From Octopus sinensis (Eukaryota): DNA of 64,000 nucleotides. Numbering within the stretch: position 1 is the first letter of the stretch; every line of letters begins with the position of its first letter. The notes beneath the pieces were generated by a model. The model saw only the letters and a list, made by a program, of their open reading frames with translations. It ran no database searches and was not told the DNA's origin. Made by a program: the position numbers and the translations under genes. Shown piece by piece: positions 62,842 to 64,000 of the stretch. Location of the stretch: NCBI RefSeq assembly GCF_006345805.1, contig NC_043003.1, positions 76,694,001-76,758,000 of the forward strand. The letters run 5' to 3'.

Positions 62842-64000
62842 GATAGATAGATAGATACATACATACATACATACATACATAAATACATACATACATACAT
62901 AAATACATACATACATACATACATACATACATACATAAATACATACATACATACATACATACACACACACATACAACCACACACACATAGACATACACAC
63001 ACACAAACACACTCACACACAGTCACACAGATTTGCATGTATGTATATGTATATATGTGTGTGTCTGCGGGCATGGCATGTATTCTCACGTGTATATGCG
63101 TGTGGAGTCTTTCGGATGAAATAGAGTTTTATACGAAATGACAGATATGAAATGAGGAAGTAGATTTTAAGGGACAGGGCAGTTGAAACATTATGCGGAT
63201 ATATTTGATTGTGCTGTCATACAACAATCACTGGATTACCGTGTGTACTCCATGTATCTCAGGGTACTTGTTAAAGTGTATGTGTAAATCTAAGCACGTT
63301 ATGTGTGAGCGTGTGCATATGTGTTTAATCCTGCGCATGTAGTTGTGTTTTATTATTATATATTGATATGTAAGACTATGTAAGCGTACGTGCGATTGCG
63401 TGGGTTTTGTCTTCACTAATATATGTTGTTAAATCAATTTTGATGCTGATGTGAGCGCATGTAACTGCCCGCATATGTGTGCGCATGCGCCTATTGTTAT
63501 GGATGTGTTGGTGAGCGTTTAACGTAGCACTATGATGTTTATCTACATTAGCTTGATTGTACGCGTGTTTGGGAATATATTTGGGAATACAGGCTGATGG
63601 GAATATATGTATGTATTCATGTGTGTGTGCGTGCGTGTATTTGTGAGTTCTTTTACTTGCCCATGTGTCGGTACGATCTGCGTTTGCGCTGCTTTGTCTG
63701 CTTAATCTTTGTGTGTGCTTTACGTGTGATCAAACTCGTATAGTTGAAGTAGTGTGTGTGTGTTTCTAGGCGGTTTATTGTGAGTGTTTATGTACGTATG
63801 CATGTGCGTTTGCGCTGTGTGTGTGTATCATGATATACTAGCATGTTATGTAAGCTCGTGTGTGAATATATGTGGTGTATGTGTTGTACTTGATGATTGT
63901 GTGTGCGATGAATATTGGGTTAATACGATCTGTAAGAATAACAATTTAGTGAAAGATAACAATAAAGACCACCGCAACCAATAACAATAGGAACACAACA

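Overview
This AT-rich, microsatellite-saturated eukaryotic window contains no intact host gene that I can recognise. The SINE families and repeat landscape look like an octopus or other coleoid cephalopod genome (inference). It consists of (TA)n/(CA)n/(GATA)n/(TAA)n microsatellites, at least four tRNA-headed SINE families, decayed Tc1/mariner transposases and MITEs, non-autonomous Helitrons, and decayed R4/Dong-like, Tx1/L1-like, RTE, CR1-like and Penelope-like retroelement fragments. Almost all ORFs in the supplied track are microsatellite translations. The most interesting signal is a tRNA-headed SINE (Pol III A/B boxes, TAA spacer) carrying an apparently intact minimal Penelope-type hammerhead ribozyme (26695-26740, minus strand), with an inverted duplication of its head. 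A decayed sibling, several other hammerhead relics and a Penelope GIY-YIG fragment lie in the same window. Other points are headless ~185-bp SINE multimers with a recurrent junction, a non-coding element that sits in (TAA)n tracts, several long inverted repeats, and a ~720-bp tandem duplication that may be an assembly artefact. All coordinates and alignments were read by eye, so element boundaries are approximate.
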